Shown: positions 40,158 through 54,612 of the stretch, piece after piece
Numbering within the stretch: the stretch's first letter is position 1
Layout of the letters: every line of letters begins with the position of its first letter
Assembly (NCBI GenBank): GCA_964016885.1
Contig: OZ024741.1
Coordinates: forward strand, 334,614,001 to 334,678,000
Direction of reading: 5' to 3'
Length of the DNA stretch: 64,000 nucleotides
Source: Eledone cirrhosa
Taxonomy: Eukaryota
Notes under the pieces: generated by a model
Database searches by the model: none
The model's input: only the letters and a program-made list of their open reading frames with translations
Told to the model about the DNA's origin: nothing
Position numbers and translations under genes: made by a program

Positions 40158-40204
40158 TGCTTACAATTGTTTCTTCCAAACCGAGGTTTGGAGTCTTCGG
40201 AGCA
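40158..40204 (-). ncRNA. Type I hammerhead motif, U4C core
   Basis: Minus: TGCT-CCGAAGA-CTCCAAAC(ctcg)GTTTGGAA-GAAAC-AATT-GTA-AGCA. Confidence 0.75.
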
Positions 40205-41633
40205 ATTATTCAGTGATTTTTTACATACTTGACCTCCTTTTCAACACAAGAGACATATAGAAACATATGTATATATTGACCCACAGTGGGTTGACATCCA
40301 TTATAATAATAGAGCATGGCAATTTACATACAAAGATTACAGTCATATTAAAGGACAAAATTAAAGTTAAAATTAAAATTAAAATTAAAATTAAAATTAA
40401 AATTAAAATAAAACATTGGCAGTTTACGAAGATAAAGCAAAAGGAAAGTTTGGAGTAGCCAGTGTATACAACAGTCACACGTGTGGCATGCACGCGTGTC
40501 CTATTTATACAAGATTATAGTGCAGCAGATTGTTACACGTAAAGCAAGCAGTCAAAGCAGGCAATCAAGAGCATCATGAGGGCTGAACTGGTAAAGCATT
40601 TTTTCACACACAACTGTACGATATAGAAGCCTGTGTGTAGAGAAACACCAAAAATATCAAAAATATTACAAATGAGAAGCAAAACAGCACCACTGTCCTC
40701 GTACACATCACCACTCTCACAATCCAGGAAACGCAATTTATAGACTACATGTCCATCACACAATCCACTATGATTCAACATTGGGTGCCTGGTGAACCAT
40801 GCTAGAACATCACAGCTTGTCGTTCTCTAATTCGATTCTATAGAGCAGGTTGTTTTTGTTGTGAGAGTTGACATCGTATTATATTCCGGAAGTGTGTGTG
40901 TGATTAATGGGAGTTAATGCGTAAGGGGAGGTAACTAGCTGATTTCTATAGCTAAATTTATTATCCTAAAGTACATTAATGGTGTCTCAAATGAGTCCCT
41001 ATCATATAAGGTTATAAACAATTTCTAAATTTAAGTATCTTATCTATAAATTACAGTGTAGTCTATCAAGAAGTACTAAAGGTGTTCATATTAGGATGAT
41101 TACCTTCTATCATAGAGTGCCACAACTGAATATTCCACATGAAGAGTCAGATCTCCAAATCAATGATCTTTGTAAGTGTAGTCCACCCGCAGAACCTGGC
41201 AGGGTCTTATTAGAATCACTTCTATATATGACTCCTGGTAAGCTCTGGGTCAGTGCATGTATGATTGCATGGCAAAGTTAAATATCACTAGGGTAGTCCA
41301 GAGATCAATTCTCACTCACAAAGACACTAATCTGACCATCAAGTCATACATGTATTTATAACTCATACATCACCTGTACATAATTCATTGCACTGAGCAT
41401 ATAGGTTATATAGCTCTTTTATGTTAATAAATTAATTACTTAATCTTCCATTTATCCAATGATGGCACTCCATACACAGGGCAATGTTAGCACAACCAAT
41501 TCCGTGCTTAAAGTTTACATTAATTATATATTGGTGTAATGTAGTCTAAGTAATTGAAGGTCAATATACCAAAAGTAGAATATGTCTCTTGTGTTGAAGA
41601 GGAGGTCAAGTATGTAAAAAAATCACTGAATAA

Positions 41634-41682
41634 TTGCTCCGAAGACTCCAAACCTCGGTTTGGAAGAAACAATTGTAAGCAA
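41634..41682 (+). ncRNA. Type I hammerhead motif, U4C core
   Basis: TTGCT-CCGAAGA-CTCCAAAC(ctcg)GTTTGGAA-GAAAC-AATT-GTA-AGCAA. Confidence 0.75.
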
Positions 41683-41727
41683 ATAAATGATTTAAACAGA
41701 ACTTTGATTCATGTAATTTCTATAATT

Positions 41728-41766
<39 letters not shown>

Positions 41767-42031
41767 GTTGGTACTGCTACATCCAGTCCTAAATAAATGA
41801 GGTCGTGTAGGTGTCACAACAAAAAAACACACAGTCCACACTGTAATGTGGCTGTGTAGGTAACACGGTAAAAACCTCCCAGTCCACACTGTAAACATGG
41901 TTGGTGTTAGGAAGGGCATCCAGCCGTAGAAAACCTGTCAGACAGTCCTACACGAGCAAGACAACCAATCTTGTCTCAAGTGAGACAATTCCCGTCTAAA
42001 CCCATGCTAGCGTGGACGATAGACGTTAAAC

Positions 42032-42062
<31 letters not shown>

Positions 42063-43504
42063 GCTGTCCCCTCGTTATCGAGTATGGCCATTGCACGATA
42101 TAACATTATTTATAATTATTAATTAATTCTATCGTGCAATGCCTGTGAGTGAAGATATTTTTTAAAGTGAGGAAAGACTGTGCACTGAGCCAATCCCACT
42201 CTTTGAGTGACAGTAGCTATAACCCAAAAAGAAGAAAGGATCAACATCATCGGTAACTACTGAGCCACAGGTTTTATGTCGGAGTTATCCCAGTTACCTG
42301 AGTTGCCTTCTCCTAGAAGAATGCCCTGACAAAGAGGCTACGGGTCCTTCACTCCCAGTGGTTTAACTGCGGGATTGGGTATCCAGCCAGATTATTTCTA
42401 TGTCACCGCGCATATATATACATATGTATACATACATATACATATATACACATATATATATATACATATATAGATATGTATTCTTGCACATGTATGTATG
42501 TAGGGAAGTAATGATATATATATATATATATATATCATCATCATCATCATCACCGTTTTCCGTCCATTCTTCCAAGCTAGCATGGGTAAAATGGGTTGTC
42601 CTGTTGTGGACAATGCCAGGTCGGGTGACCATGTCTTGCTCATACAGGAACTGATTTTGGCTCAATTTCTACAGCTGGATACCCTTCCTAACACCAACCT
42701 CAGTTACAGTGAGTACTGGGTGCTTTTTTACTATGGCACCTACATGACCACTTTACCGTGTGGACTGGGTACTGTTTTGTCATGACACCTCTACGACCAC
42801 TTTACACTGGGTGTGTGTGTATATATATATATATCATTGTTTTAAAGTCTGCTTTCCCTGCTACAAAGGGTTGGATGAGTGTACATAGACCAAATCAGTA
42901 ATGAAGTGGTGTTTACTCATCTCTCACACAGGTCAGGGATCTGCGTCTTACTTATGTACAGTCTCATGTTCTACCAACTGCACAGAAGAGGTTGTCATGT
43001 CTTTAACACAACTGAGGGATCCTCTCAACTCTTTGTTTGGCAAGCTTTCTATGGCTGGATGCCCTTCCTATAACCAACCACTTTACAGCATATACTAGGT
43101 ACATTTATTGTGTAGATCACCAACACTAGGGAGGCTGTCATGTCCTTGAGGCTGTCAAGCAGTTGAAGTATATGATGATGAAATAGACTCATAAGCTTAT
43201 ACAAACTTCCTCCACCTCCACCTCTGCTGCTTCAGAAAACTAGATTTTGTGAAAAGGGTTTAGAATAGCCAACCTGCTTAGCTTCTTCTGCTTGTCATAA
43301 ATAGTTTCACCCTGGCAAACAGGGAAAATAGATGCTAAATGATGATATTGTCATAGAAACACACACAATAGGCTTCTGCACAGTTTTCATCTACCAAACA
43401 CCACCTGCAAGGTATCGGTCAACTCAAAGCTAAACTAAAAGACACTGCAGATATTTTCATTAAATGAAATAAAAATAAAAATGTTAATCTCTGTTAGAGA
43501 CATA

Positions 43505-43704
43505 CAAGGGTTGGCTGAAAAGTTTATATATTCTGACCAAGATACTCTCATGCAATGACCAAATGAGGTTTATTTTGCAACATAGTGCTTGGAAATAAAC
43601 TATGCAGTTATTAATAAGAAGAGTTGAAATTAATGCTTGCAAGATTTCACAGCTCTAGCATCACGCCTTCATAGTCAGCCTATGAACTTTTCAGCCAACC
43701 ATTG
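43505..43704. mobile_element. Mariner-type MITE
   Basis: TA-caagggttggctgaaaagtttata...tatgaacttttcagccaaccattg-TA. Confidence 0.75.
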
Positions 43705-44077
43705 TACACTATTCCCAGCTGGAATAAAGTATTTACTTCAGAGAGAAAAAGGAAACAAATTCTATGCAAAGAAAATTCCTTTTTTTCTGTGTATGAGGTT
43801 CGTCTGTGCTCTTTGGTCTTTTAAAGTAAGATGCAGTATATTTGACAGAGGAGAAACATGGCTGTTTGTGATGTTGGAAAATTTGTGAAATACAAATCTG
43901 TTTAACAAGTGGTTCCAAATGGCCTTTTGATAAAATTGCTCTGCATGAATAAAACAGTTTTATTGGAAAATGTAAAAGGTTATATTAAACCAACCAACCA
44001 ACCGGAAACTTTTGAAGTGAAAACCAAGTGTTTTTATTGGCAGCATGACCCTCCCAAAGTATAACAATATATATGTG

Positions 44078-45427
44078 TGTAGCAAAATCTGTCCACGCCT
44101 CGAACCTTGGGTGTGACACCTAAAAGTCAAATTCTAGGTCACTAACTATTTCGGCGTGGACGATCCCTCGGGGTGGGAGACAGAAAGCGACAGGTATAAA
44201 AAGCCTGTATCATTCCACGTCTAACACACAGATAGATTGGAGCAGTACGCTATAGTATAGCTATGTGAAAGATTCACCGCTACCTACAGGCCGCTGAGGT
44301 CTACAGACAACCACAGACCATTACTCTCTCTCTCTCTCTCCTGATTTCAGACTACACCAGCCTCATGAACCAACAACAAAATAACATTGTCAACCTTTGC
44401 GACTCGTTAACTTATTTGTTGTTCTTTTTTACAGCTATTCTTGTTATTTCATCTAACAACCCTTCGTAACATTGGTGATCCAGATGCAGGAATGAACAGG
44501 TTCCTTTTTAAAAGTATATATGACTGCATATGCACATTTTTTAAAACTGTATTACATGCCTGCATATGCACATACATTTCTTTGTCACACACCAACATGT
44601 TGTTGTCTATGGTATGTTCTTGATTCGGTTAAGATTCTGCGAGATCACTTTTCACTGGTCAAGGTACAGCAACAGCTATTAGACACATGAGAAATAGCCA
44701 CACTGCGACTACTCGCCTGGACTCACTCAGGCACGCAACTCAAAATTGCACACACTCATGTCATAGCATAAACCTCGACTCACTGGAAAAGCATCTTACG
44801 TATGATGATACATCGAGAGAAATAGTCCTCTGTGTTATCATATCATAATCCAATATTGCAACCCTGAACGTTCAGCCATCCATACACAACAGTTCGAAAT
44901 ACATGATCACAACTTTGTATATTTACAGTTTCTTCTAAATGTTACACACACACACATGCATACACAGTTATACGATATTATTTTTTTGTTTTTCTTCTCT
45001 CTCCAAACTTCTCTGCACTTGAAATACTGGCGGAGTACCCACATTTTGTGTGTTTTGGGACACACTTCTGGAATCAGATTTCGCTACCCCTTTTGTAATC
45101 GATCGCTGCTCCTTCATCGATCTGGGTAGGGAACTAATGTAGCGAAATCTGTCCACGCATTGAACCCTGGATGACACCTAAAAGTCAAATTCTACATCAC
45201 CATCCTTTTCGGTGTAGACAGGTTTATGCGTGGGCGATCCCTCGAGGCAGGGAGACAGAAAGCGACAGGTTTAAAAAGCCTGTAACATTGTCAACCTTTG
45301 TGACTCATGTCTTATTTACTTATTTGTTGTTCTTTTTGACTGATGTGAAGTAAACCTTTTCATATATGAAGTAAATCAGTATTCTTGTTATTTCATCTAA
45401 CAACCACTACTAATATCCTTCGTTACA
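44078..45427 (+). mobile_element. Small non-autonomous LTR retroelement (TRIM-like): LTRs 44078-44471 and 45138-45427
   Basis: Both LTRs run TGTAGC..aaatctgtccacgc...ccttcgt(a/t)ACA; PBS-like TGGTGATCC at 44473; PPT tgggtaggg before the 3' LTR; no internal ORF. Confidence 0.8.
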
Positions 45428-45439
45428 TATATATATATG

Positions 45440-45473
<34 letters not shown>

Positions 45474-46445
45474 ACAATATAACAATATATATATATATAT
45501 ATATATATACCTTGGTTATCATCCAGCTGTTGAAACCAAACCAAAATAGAATTCCGTATGAGCATGGCATGGTCTCCAGATCTGATTTGTCTCATAATGC
45601 GACAACTCATATAACCCATGCAAGCAAGGAAAAATAGACATTAAATGATGATAATGTTATATATTTATGTGGATATGTGTGTATGTATGTGTATATATAT
45701 ATATATATGTTTGTATGTATGTATATTGGTAGTAGAACTAACACAGTATGATTCATAATTGAGGTATATAGGAAAGCATACATGATATGTTTATGTATAT
45801 TAAACATGTTTCACTATGACTTATCAAGATAGTTATGTATATATATATACACACATGTATATATATATATACAAGTAGCAACTATTGAAATAATTTTAAA
45901 CTAGTAGATAAAGATGATTTATTTTATCGTCATTGTTATGTTTCTCCCATGAGTTTACACAACACGGAGCAAGTTCACGCTCTGTCCTTTATTTTTATTT
46001 TTCAGCCATATTTGAAGAAATGAATTCTATACAACATCTATATTTCTAGTTTTTAGAAAAACCAAAAATATAACAAACAAAAACTCCACTACTCATGGCA
46101 GAGCATTCTGCAGAAAAATGTATCAGCCAGAAAGATGGCTTCCCATCTATCAATGCTTCGCTTAATTAGCTGCTGTATCTTGCTGGTTGGGGAATTAACC
46201 AGTAAGATTCATTCGACTGTCCAACACAGTTGGGCATTTTTAAAGATAAACCAATCAAAAATACCCAGCATTTCAGTCCCTATAGATTCTATTATCTCAG
46301 AGACTTAGCTATCATTCAAAAATTGTCACCGGGCTATTAACAGCTGCCTGAGGAAACCATTTATTTTAATTATTTTCACTGTCAAAATCTTGCTGAACGA
46401 TTTAAAAAAAATTTCTCTATATTTTTATTATTATTATTGTTATTG

Positions 46446-48923
46446 TTATTCCTTGAATCTCAGTCATTGATGTTGGTCAACTGGAAAGTCCGTTGGATTG
46501 AATATCAAGCCACTACCTGCAGCCTCAGATATTCAGGACGTATCGGAGGGTTCTTGCCGTTCCAAGCAAGCATGCCTTTTGAAGCGTTCCAAAAAGCGTG
46601 AAGGGGCCGATTTTCTTTAACCATCCCTGGAAACCTTTGGAGATAGTCCCCAGTGCGCCTATGACAATCGGGATCACTTTGACTTCATGGCAGTTCCAAA
46701 TCCTTTTCACCTCCCACTTTAGGTCCTGGTATCGGTCAATTTTCTCCCTCTCCTTCTCTTGCACTCTCGTGTCGAACGGGCAGGCCACATCCACAATCAG
46801 GCACGATCTTTTTTCTTTGTCCACAACCACCAGGTCAGGTCTATTGTGTTCCAGTTTTTTGTCCGTCTGTATCCTAAAATCCCACAGCACCTTCACCTGA
46901 TTGTTCTCCATCACCGCCTCTGGCCTATGCTCATACCATTTCTCAGAATGTGGTAGATTGTTTACTTTGCACAGGTGCCAGTGGATCACCCTGCCCATCA
47001 CATCGTGTCTCCAGCCCTTATAGTGGGTCTGGGCTAGGTGTTTACACTCGGACACAATGTGAGCCACAGTCTCCTCTCTCTCTCCACAGATCCTGCACAG
47101 TGGGCTAGCCTCCTCCTTGTAGATATGGTGCTTCAACCACTTCGTTTTGAGGGCCTGCTCCTGCGCAGCCATTAGCATTCCTTCTGTAGCCTTTTTGAGG
47201 TCTCCTCTTCTCAACCAGTTCCATGTCTGTGGATCTCTAAATTCAGTTTTCTCAAAGAAGGTACTATGAAGGGATTTTCCCTTAAGGCTGCTCTTCCTCC
47301 TTGATGTTATTTCCTCCTTGGGTATCCCCTGGCCTACTGTCCCCTCCTTCAGTACAGCTCTGAGCATTGGCTCCTTACTATAGGTCACGTATTTGTATAG
47401 GTTGTTTTTCTCCATCTGAACACAGTCCTCTATGCTGATAAGACCTCTTCCACCCTCAGATCTCCTTAGGTAGAGTCTATCGACATCACTCCTCTTGTGG
47501 AACATGTTGTAGATAGTCAATAGCTTCCTAGTCTTCCTATCCATTTCTTTTTGTTCAGCAACATTCCATCTCAGAATTCCCGCACTGTACCTAATAATAG
47601 ACACAGCTCGGGAATTTACTGCGCTTATGGCATTTCTGCTGTTCAGATGTGACTTCAATACGCTCCTTACTCTCCGAATGTATTCAGTTCTTAACAATTC
47701 CTTCATTTTTTTGTTCTTTATGCCATCAGCCTCCAGAACGCCCAAATACTTGTATCCTTCCTCAGAGTCAATTTCCTTTATCATCTCACCTGTTGGTATC
47801 TGGATCCCGTTACTTCTGCTCAACCTACCCCTCCTCATCACAATGACTCCACATTTACCAATACCAAACTGCATACATATATCACTGCTGAAAATACGGA
47901 CAGTGTCAACAAGCACATCCAACTCCTTCTCACTTTTCCCGAAGAGCTTAAGGTCGTCCATGAAGAGGAGGTGATTGATGGTAAGCTCTCCCCTTCCCAA
48001 CTTGTATCCTGCTCTCACTTTTCGCAGCATAATGGTCAAGGGCATCAGGGCAAGGACAAACAACAGAGGGGACAGGCTATCTCCCTGGAAGATACCTCTC
48101 TTGATCTTCACGCTTCCCAAGGATACTCCAGTTGATGTCAACTCTGTCTCCCAGGACCCCATACTCCTGCCCAGCAACTGTCTGATGTTATCTGCCACCC
48201 TGAAGATCTCCAGGCTTTTGGTGATCCAGGAATGAGGCACCATGTCAAATGCCTTTCTGTAGTCTATCCATCCCATGGCAAGATCAGTGTGTCTCCTCCT
48301 GCAATTCCCCATTACCATCTTATCAATAAGCAACTGGTCCTTTGTACCACGTGACTTCTTTCGGCATCCTTTCTGTTCGTCCGGCAACAAGTTGTTTGTG
48401 TGGAGGTGATGGTAGATTTCCTCAGACACAATGCTCGTCAACAGTTTCCACATTACGGGCAGACATGTGATAGGTCTATAGTTGGTGACATCATTACCCT
48501 TGATTTGGTCTTTCATTATCAGAACTGTGGTACCTTTTGTCAACCACTCTGGCACCTCACCCGACACCAAGCAGTCATTGAACATGGCCGTCAGCTTCGG
48601 GTGGAGGGATGTTAAATGTTTAATCCAATACCCCTGCACACCATCTGGGCCTGGTGATTTCCAGTTGGTTAGTTTTTTGGCTTGCCCCTTAAGAGTTTCA
48701 ACTGTGATACTCAAATCAGTCTGTTGCTGTGCCTGCTCACCGATCTCCCTCTGTACTGTCTCAATCCACCCTGCCTGGGCATTGTGTCTAACATCCTGCT
48801 CCCATATTCCTCTCCAGAATGTTTTAGCTTGTTCCGCCCCAGGGATCAAGTCGGTGCCTCTTTCTTTCCCCTCAAGCTGTCCAAACAGCATCTTCTGGTT
48901 GTTGTCGAACATGCGGTTCTGTT
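46446..48923 (-). mobile_element. R4/Dong-type retrotransposon, family A copy 2, 5'-truncated, in (TAA)n
   Basis: Collinear with 18812-21289. Confidence 0.9.
46525..48912 (-). CDS. Reverse transcriptase + CCHC + RLE (795 aa)
   Basis: Same motifs as 18891-21278; about 13 amino-acid differences by eye, no stops. Confidence 0.9.
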   Translation of the reverse strand: MFDNNQKMLFGQLEGKERGTDLIPGAEQAKTFWRGIWEQDVRHNAQAGWIETVQREIGEQAQQQTDLSITVETLKGQAKKLTNWKSPGPDGVQGYWIKHLTSLHPKLTAMFNDCLVSGEVPEWLTKGTTVLIMKDQIKGNDVTNYRPITCLPVMWKLLTSIVSEEIYHHLHTNNLLPDEQKGCRKKSRGTKDQLLIDKMVMGNCRRRHTDLAMGWIDYRKAFDMVPHSWITKSLEIFRVADNIRQLLGRSMGSWETELTSTGVSLGSVKIKRGIFQGDSLSPLLFVLALMPLTIMLRKVRAGYKLGRGELTINHLLFMDDLKLFGKSEKELDVLVDTVRIFSSDICMQFGIGKCGVIVMRRGRLSRSNGIQIPTGEMIKEIDSEEGYKYLGVLEADGIKNKKMKELLRTEYIRRVRSVLKSHLNSRNAISAVNSRAVSIIRYSAGILRWNVAEQKEMDRKTRKLLTIYNMFHKRSDVDRLYLRRSEGGRGLISIEDCVQMEKNNLYKYVTYSKEPMLRAVLKEGTVGQGIPKEEITSRRKSSLKGKSLHSTFFEKTEFRDPQTWNWLRRGDLKKATEGMLMAAQEQALKTKWLKHHIYKEEASPLCRICGEREETVAHIVSECKHLAQTHYKGWRHDVMGRVIHWHLCKVNNLPHSEKWYEHRPEAVMENNQVKVLWDFRIQTDKKLEHNRPDLVVVDKEKRSCLIVDVACPFDTRVQEKEREKIDRYQDLKWEVKRIWNCHEVKVIPIVIGALGTISKGFQGWLKKIGPFTLFGTLQKACLLGTARTLRYVLNI

Positions 48924-48946
48924 ATTATTATTATTATTATTATTAC

Positions 48947-49013
<67 letters not shown>

Positions 49014-49110
49014 TTTATTCATTATTATATCATCATCATCATCATAACAATTATATATATATATATATATATGTGTATGTATACATTATATGTATGTATG
49101 TATATATATG

Positions 49111-49142
<32 letters not shown>

Positions 49143-49224
49143 TACATATATATATATATGTATGTACATATATATATATATATATATTTATATATATGTA
49201 TGTATATATATATATATATATATG

Positions 49225-49313
<89 letters not shown>

Positions 49314-49608
49314 ATATATATGTGTATATATATATATGTGTGTGTTGTGTAAATATATGTGTATGTATATATATATATATGTGTATGTATATATATGTGT
49401 ATGTATATATGTGTATATATATAGGAAGGGCATCCAGCTGTAGAAATCAAGCCAGAATCAGTTACTGTATGAGCAAGACAAGGTCAGCCAACTGGACACT
49501 GCTCACAACAGGACAACCTGTCTAACTCATGCTAGCTAACGGACGTAAAACAATGATGCTGATGATGTTGATGATGATATGTATATATTTATATATATAT
49601 ATATATAC

Positions 49609-49646
<38 letters not shown>

Positions 49647-49719
49647 GTGTGTATGTATATATATGTGTGTATGTATATATATATATATGTATGTATATAT
49701 ATGTGTGTGTATGTATATA

Positions 49720-49839
<120 letters not shown>

Positions 49840-50643
49840 GATATATAGGTAGATAGATTCTTGTCTGTGTGAGTGAGTGTATATGAAATATATTGCCCAT
49901 AACTAAACTTGTAAGATTTAAAAAAATATTATTATTTATTAATTTTTTGCTTTATATTTGCGTTATTTAATTATATCTTTCTTTACAACATTTCTTGATT
50001 CACTTTCTGTTAATAAAATCGCCCCACCCCAGCCCAGTCCGATAAATGTCACTGCCATTGAAAATTCCTTGTTTCCATAGCCAGCCTGAAATAAATTTAT
50101 CTGAAATTGTATTTCTTGCATATTTCCAGTGCACTTATATATGGAAATGGAAGTGGACATGAATTTTTTTTTGTATTATATATCATCATCATCATCATCA
50201 TCATCGTTTAACGTCCATCTTCCACGCTTGCATGGGTTTGGACGAGAGTTTTCCCACTTGAAGCAAGATTGGTTGTCTTGCTTGTGTAGGACTGCCTGGT
50301 GGGTTTTCTACGGCTGGATGCCCTTCCTAACACCAACCACGTTTACAGTGTGGGACTGGGAGATTTTTACCGTGTTACCTACACGGCCACATTACAGTGT
50401 GGACTGTGTGTTTTTTTTGTTGTGACACCTGCACGACCTCATTTATTTCGGACTGGATGTTGTGGTACCAACATAACTTTACATCAAAAGGGGTTGTGTG
50501 GATGGGGTGGGGTGGGGTGTGTGCGTGTGGTGGTGGTGTGTGTGTGTGTGTGTGGGGGGGTTATTTTTGTTAGAGGTGCCTACTGACTGTAGGGTTTGCT
50601 TTGTACTTAGGCAAGGCGGGTCTTCTGTATTACTGCGAAGCGC

Positions 50644-50706
<63 letters not shown>

Positions 50707-50931
50707 GTATATATATGTATATGTATGTATATGTACATATGTATATATATGTATATGTATATGTATGTATATGTATGTATATGTGTATGTATATATATAT
50801 ATGTATATGTATATATGTATATGTATGTATATGTATATATATGTACATGTATGTATATTTATATGTATATATATATACATGTATATGTATATATGTATAT
50901 ATATATGTGTGTGTTTGTATATATATGTATG

Positions 50932-51058
50932 TATATATGTATATGTGTGTATAGATATGTATGTATATGCGTATATATGTTTGTGTATGTGTACATATAT
51001 ATGAGTGTGTTTATGTATATATATGTATATTTGTATACATGTATATATATGTATATTT

Positions 51059-51116
<58 letters not shown>

Positions 51117-51230
51117 AAATATACATATATATACATGTATACAAATATACATATATATACATAAACACACTCATATATATGTACACATACACAAACATAT
51201 ATACGCATATACATACATATCTATACACAC

Positions 51231-51243
<13 letters not shown>
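50932..51243. repeat. 312-bp apparently perfect palindrome of degenerate TA/TG microsatellite
   Basis: Identical translated ORFs at 50961..51164(+) and 51011..51214(-); centre 51087/51088 lies in (TA)n. Confidence 0.85.
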
Positions 51244-51267
<24 letters not shown>

Positions 51268-51299
51268 TATATTTATACATATTTCACACCCTGTTTCGA

Positions 51300-51338
<39 letters not shown>

Positions 51339-52159
51339 CGAAACCGGATGTTAAATGATGATATAGTAATAATAATAAATGCGAAGACTAAAATCCAAAG
51401 ATAATAAATACACACACATATATATATATATAAATATATGGACTCATATACACACATGTATAAACATATACACACACAAACATACATATGCATTTATTTA
51501 TATATAGAGAGTAAGAAAGATTCATATATCATCATTTAATGTCCTTTCACTCATATATGTATCATCGTTGTCATTTTAACATCCGCTTTCCCTGCTAACA
51601 AGGGTTTAATGGGTCTACATAGACCAAGTCAGTACTGAAGTGGAGGTTACTGATTTCCAAGACTAGCCAGGATCATCTTGCCTAGGTATGGTCTCATGTT
51701 CTACCGAGTGTATTTTCTTATAAAAAATGAAAAGCATAATTTTTGGCTCCGTTAGTGGACTCTGTCTATGATATTCTAAAGTATGTATTTATTCCATTGT
51801 TCTTTAATTTGTAAACATATTGAGTTTACAGCTCTATCTTATGCTGGCAATTTTTGAATCAGATTAAAAACTACCAGCATGAGGAAGAAGACAAGGTGCC
51901 ATGCTCTAACTTAGTTTCCTTAACTTTTCTTTTGACAAAGGAATTTTCCCTGAAATATTAAGGGCAAATTAAATATCTCCAAGGCAGCATTCCAACAACT
52001 TTATCATTATTTTTAACATTTAATGTCCTATTTCTATGGCTGTAGCCTTTCCTACACTTTCCACAGTGCTTCATGCAAATTTCAACTCCATCCCTAACTC
52101 CCTCCAAGCCTCTTCACCTCACTTCCCCACTCAGCCCACTCATGTTCTCTCTCTCTCTC

Positions 52160-52240
<81 letters not shown>

Positions 52241-52413
52241 CTCTATCTCCCTCTCTCTGTCGCTATATATATATATGTATATATATAAATATATTTATGT
52301 ATATATTCTGTGTATATGTTAATACAATGCTACAATTAATTATATATATATATATATATATAAGTACTTTTGTATATATGTTTACACACAAATGCACATA
52401 TATATATATCTAA

Positions 52414-52492
<79 letters not shown>

Positions 52493-52827
52493 ACGCATAT
52501 AGTTTACAAATGATGTGTTTTAAAATGAAATTATAATTTGCTTAATCATAAAACTGAAAAATCTGAAAAATAAAAATGTAATGTAGAGCTACATATTTAT
52601 ATGAATAGATTGTGTTTATAATCCAATCATCAATTTAAATGGTGAAAATGATGGTAAAATATTCCCCTAATGTACAATGTAACCCTAGTCTTTACAAAAC
52701 TATGCTAGGGTCCCTTTCAGATCTCAGTGATTTCCTTCTAATTAGATTGTGTCAAAATTGCTTGCGGCCTCTTTCTTATTTTGTTATATTTAGTTTGTAT
52801 AAAATCAAACAAATATCTATAGATTAT

Positions 52828-52873
<46 letters not shown>

Positions 52874-52874
<1 letters not shown>

Positions 52875-53267
52875 GAGGGTAATCCCAAAAGTAAGGTCTC
52901 CAAAGCAATGGGGATGCAGAGAAACTGTTCGTACGGCTGTTGGCAACACTGTTGTGATTGGTGCTTCCTTCACTCCCAAACAAGCATGTGCGCACTTCGC
53001 TGGGATGCTCCATCTTGGCTTGGCAGCCGTTGAGAATGGAGCTCCCCTTTAACGCTACCGCCAAATGCGAATTTCGCGCAACTATTATATACGAGGGCAA
53101 TCCCAAAACTAAGGTCTCCTTCCGAGGAAAACATGCGTAAAGATCGGCGGATCACTCTGGATGCTCTCTGCATTTTGGTTCCTGAGGTTTCCTGAAGCAC
53201 CATCCACAGGATTTTAACGGGAAAGTTGCAATATGGGAAGAAGACCTTACTTTTGGGAATGCCCTCG
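52874..53267 (+). mobile_element. Mariner derivatives: a left end with the transposase start, plus a short two-TIR element at 53092-53267
   Basis: TIR cgaggg-aatcccaaaagtaaggtc at 52874 and 53092, inverted at ~53243-53267; peptides [17 protein letters not shown] and KDRRITLD. Confidence 0.75.
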
Positions 53268-54565
53268 TATATATATATGTATATATATATATACATATAT
53301 ATCTGTACATATATATATACCCATATATATGTATATATATACACACATATCTGTACATATATATACATATATATCTGTATATATATATATATATATATAT
53401 ATACATACGTATATATAAATATATATAAATATATGTATACTTACATATATATACATTTACATGTATGCATATATGCACTCTATATGCATATGTATTTTTG
53501 CATATGATTATACAAACCAAAGCTGAAGCATATAGACAATATGCCCCCCACCCCACACACACACACTGCAAAGTGGTCGTGGAGGTGCCACGGCAAAAAA
53601 GCACCTAGCCCACACTGTAAAGTGGACGTGTAGGCACTGCGGAAAAAAGCACCCAGCACTCACTGTAAATGAGGTTGGTGTTTAGAAGGGCATCCAGCTG
53701 TAGAGATCAAGCCAGAATCAGTTCCCGTATGAGCAAGACAAGGTCAGCCGACTGGACACTGCCCACAACAGGACACCCCGTCTAACCCATGCTAGCATGG
53801 AAGAACGGACGTAAAATGGTGATGATGTTAATGATAATATATACACACATACACACACATATATATATAGACACAGAGGCACACTTTTGTATGTAAAAGT
53901 GTGTTTATATATAGATGTATAATTTACATATATAAATGGAAAAGAATGAAACGAATACATATATATATAAATCAATAAATATAGAAAATAAAAACATACT
54001 TTAAAAAAATATAATAATGAAATACAGCATATATAATATCTTAAAATTAAACAATATACAATAAAATACAACTTTATCTAAATGTATCAATAAATAGTGT
54101 AATAATATGTGATTTGTATTGAACTCTAGAAGAATTCAAGTGGTAAACTAATTATGGTAATTTGTAAAGTTATCAGTTCTAGTGAAATATGATTTTTAAA
54201 ATATTAACCTCTTGAATTATTTGCCTACAGCAATGTTGGTATTTAATGCTGATAGGATATATTCCACATTATTATATATGTATGTATATATATTTACATG
54301 TGTGTGTGTATGTGTGTGTATGTGTGTGTATGTGTATGCATGTTTATATGCATATATATATAGTATTAAGGATACTATTTATGGTTATGTATATACTAAA
54401 ACCTTTTATAGTTATATATATATTATACCCTAAATAGTGAAAGACAGTAATTTATTACTATCTTATTACCAGTAAGATAAATAGCTCAATGTAACAACAT
54501 CAGTTGTTTTACAGAGCAGTTATATAGAGATTACATGAAACAAAGTTCTGTTTAAATCATTTATC

Positions 54566-54612
54566 TGCTTACAATTGTTTCTTCCAAACCGAGGTTTGGA
54601 GTCTTCGGAGCA
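54566..54612 (-). ncRNA. Type I hammerhead motif, U4C core (third copy)
   Basis: Identical to 40158-40204. Confidence 0.75.

Larger units (their letters stand above)
39953..41727. mobile_element. HHR-bearing element with inverted terminal segments (40114-40281 versus 41559-41725); left part duplicated at 54361-55134
   Basis: Direct comparison of the three regions; TA microsatellites at the ends. Confidence 0.7.

Noticed and set aside
46346-46360. CTGAGGA as another hammerhead core (also at 3569, 8161, 36485)
   Set aside because: No helix II followed by GAAA and NUH.
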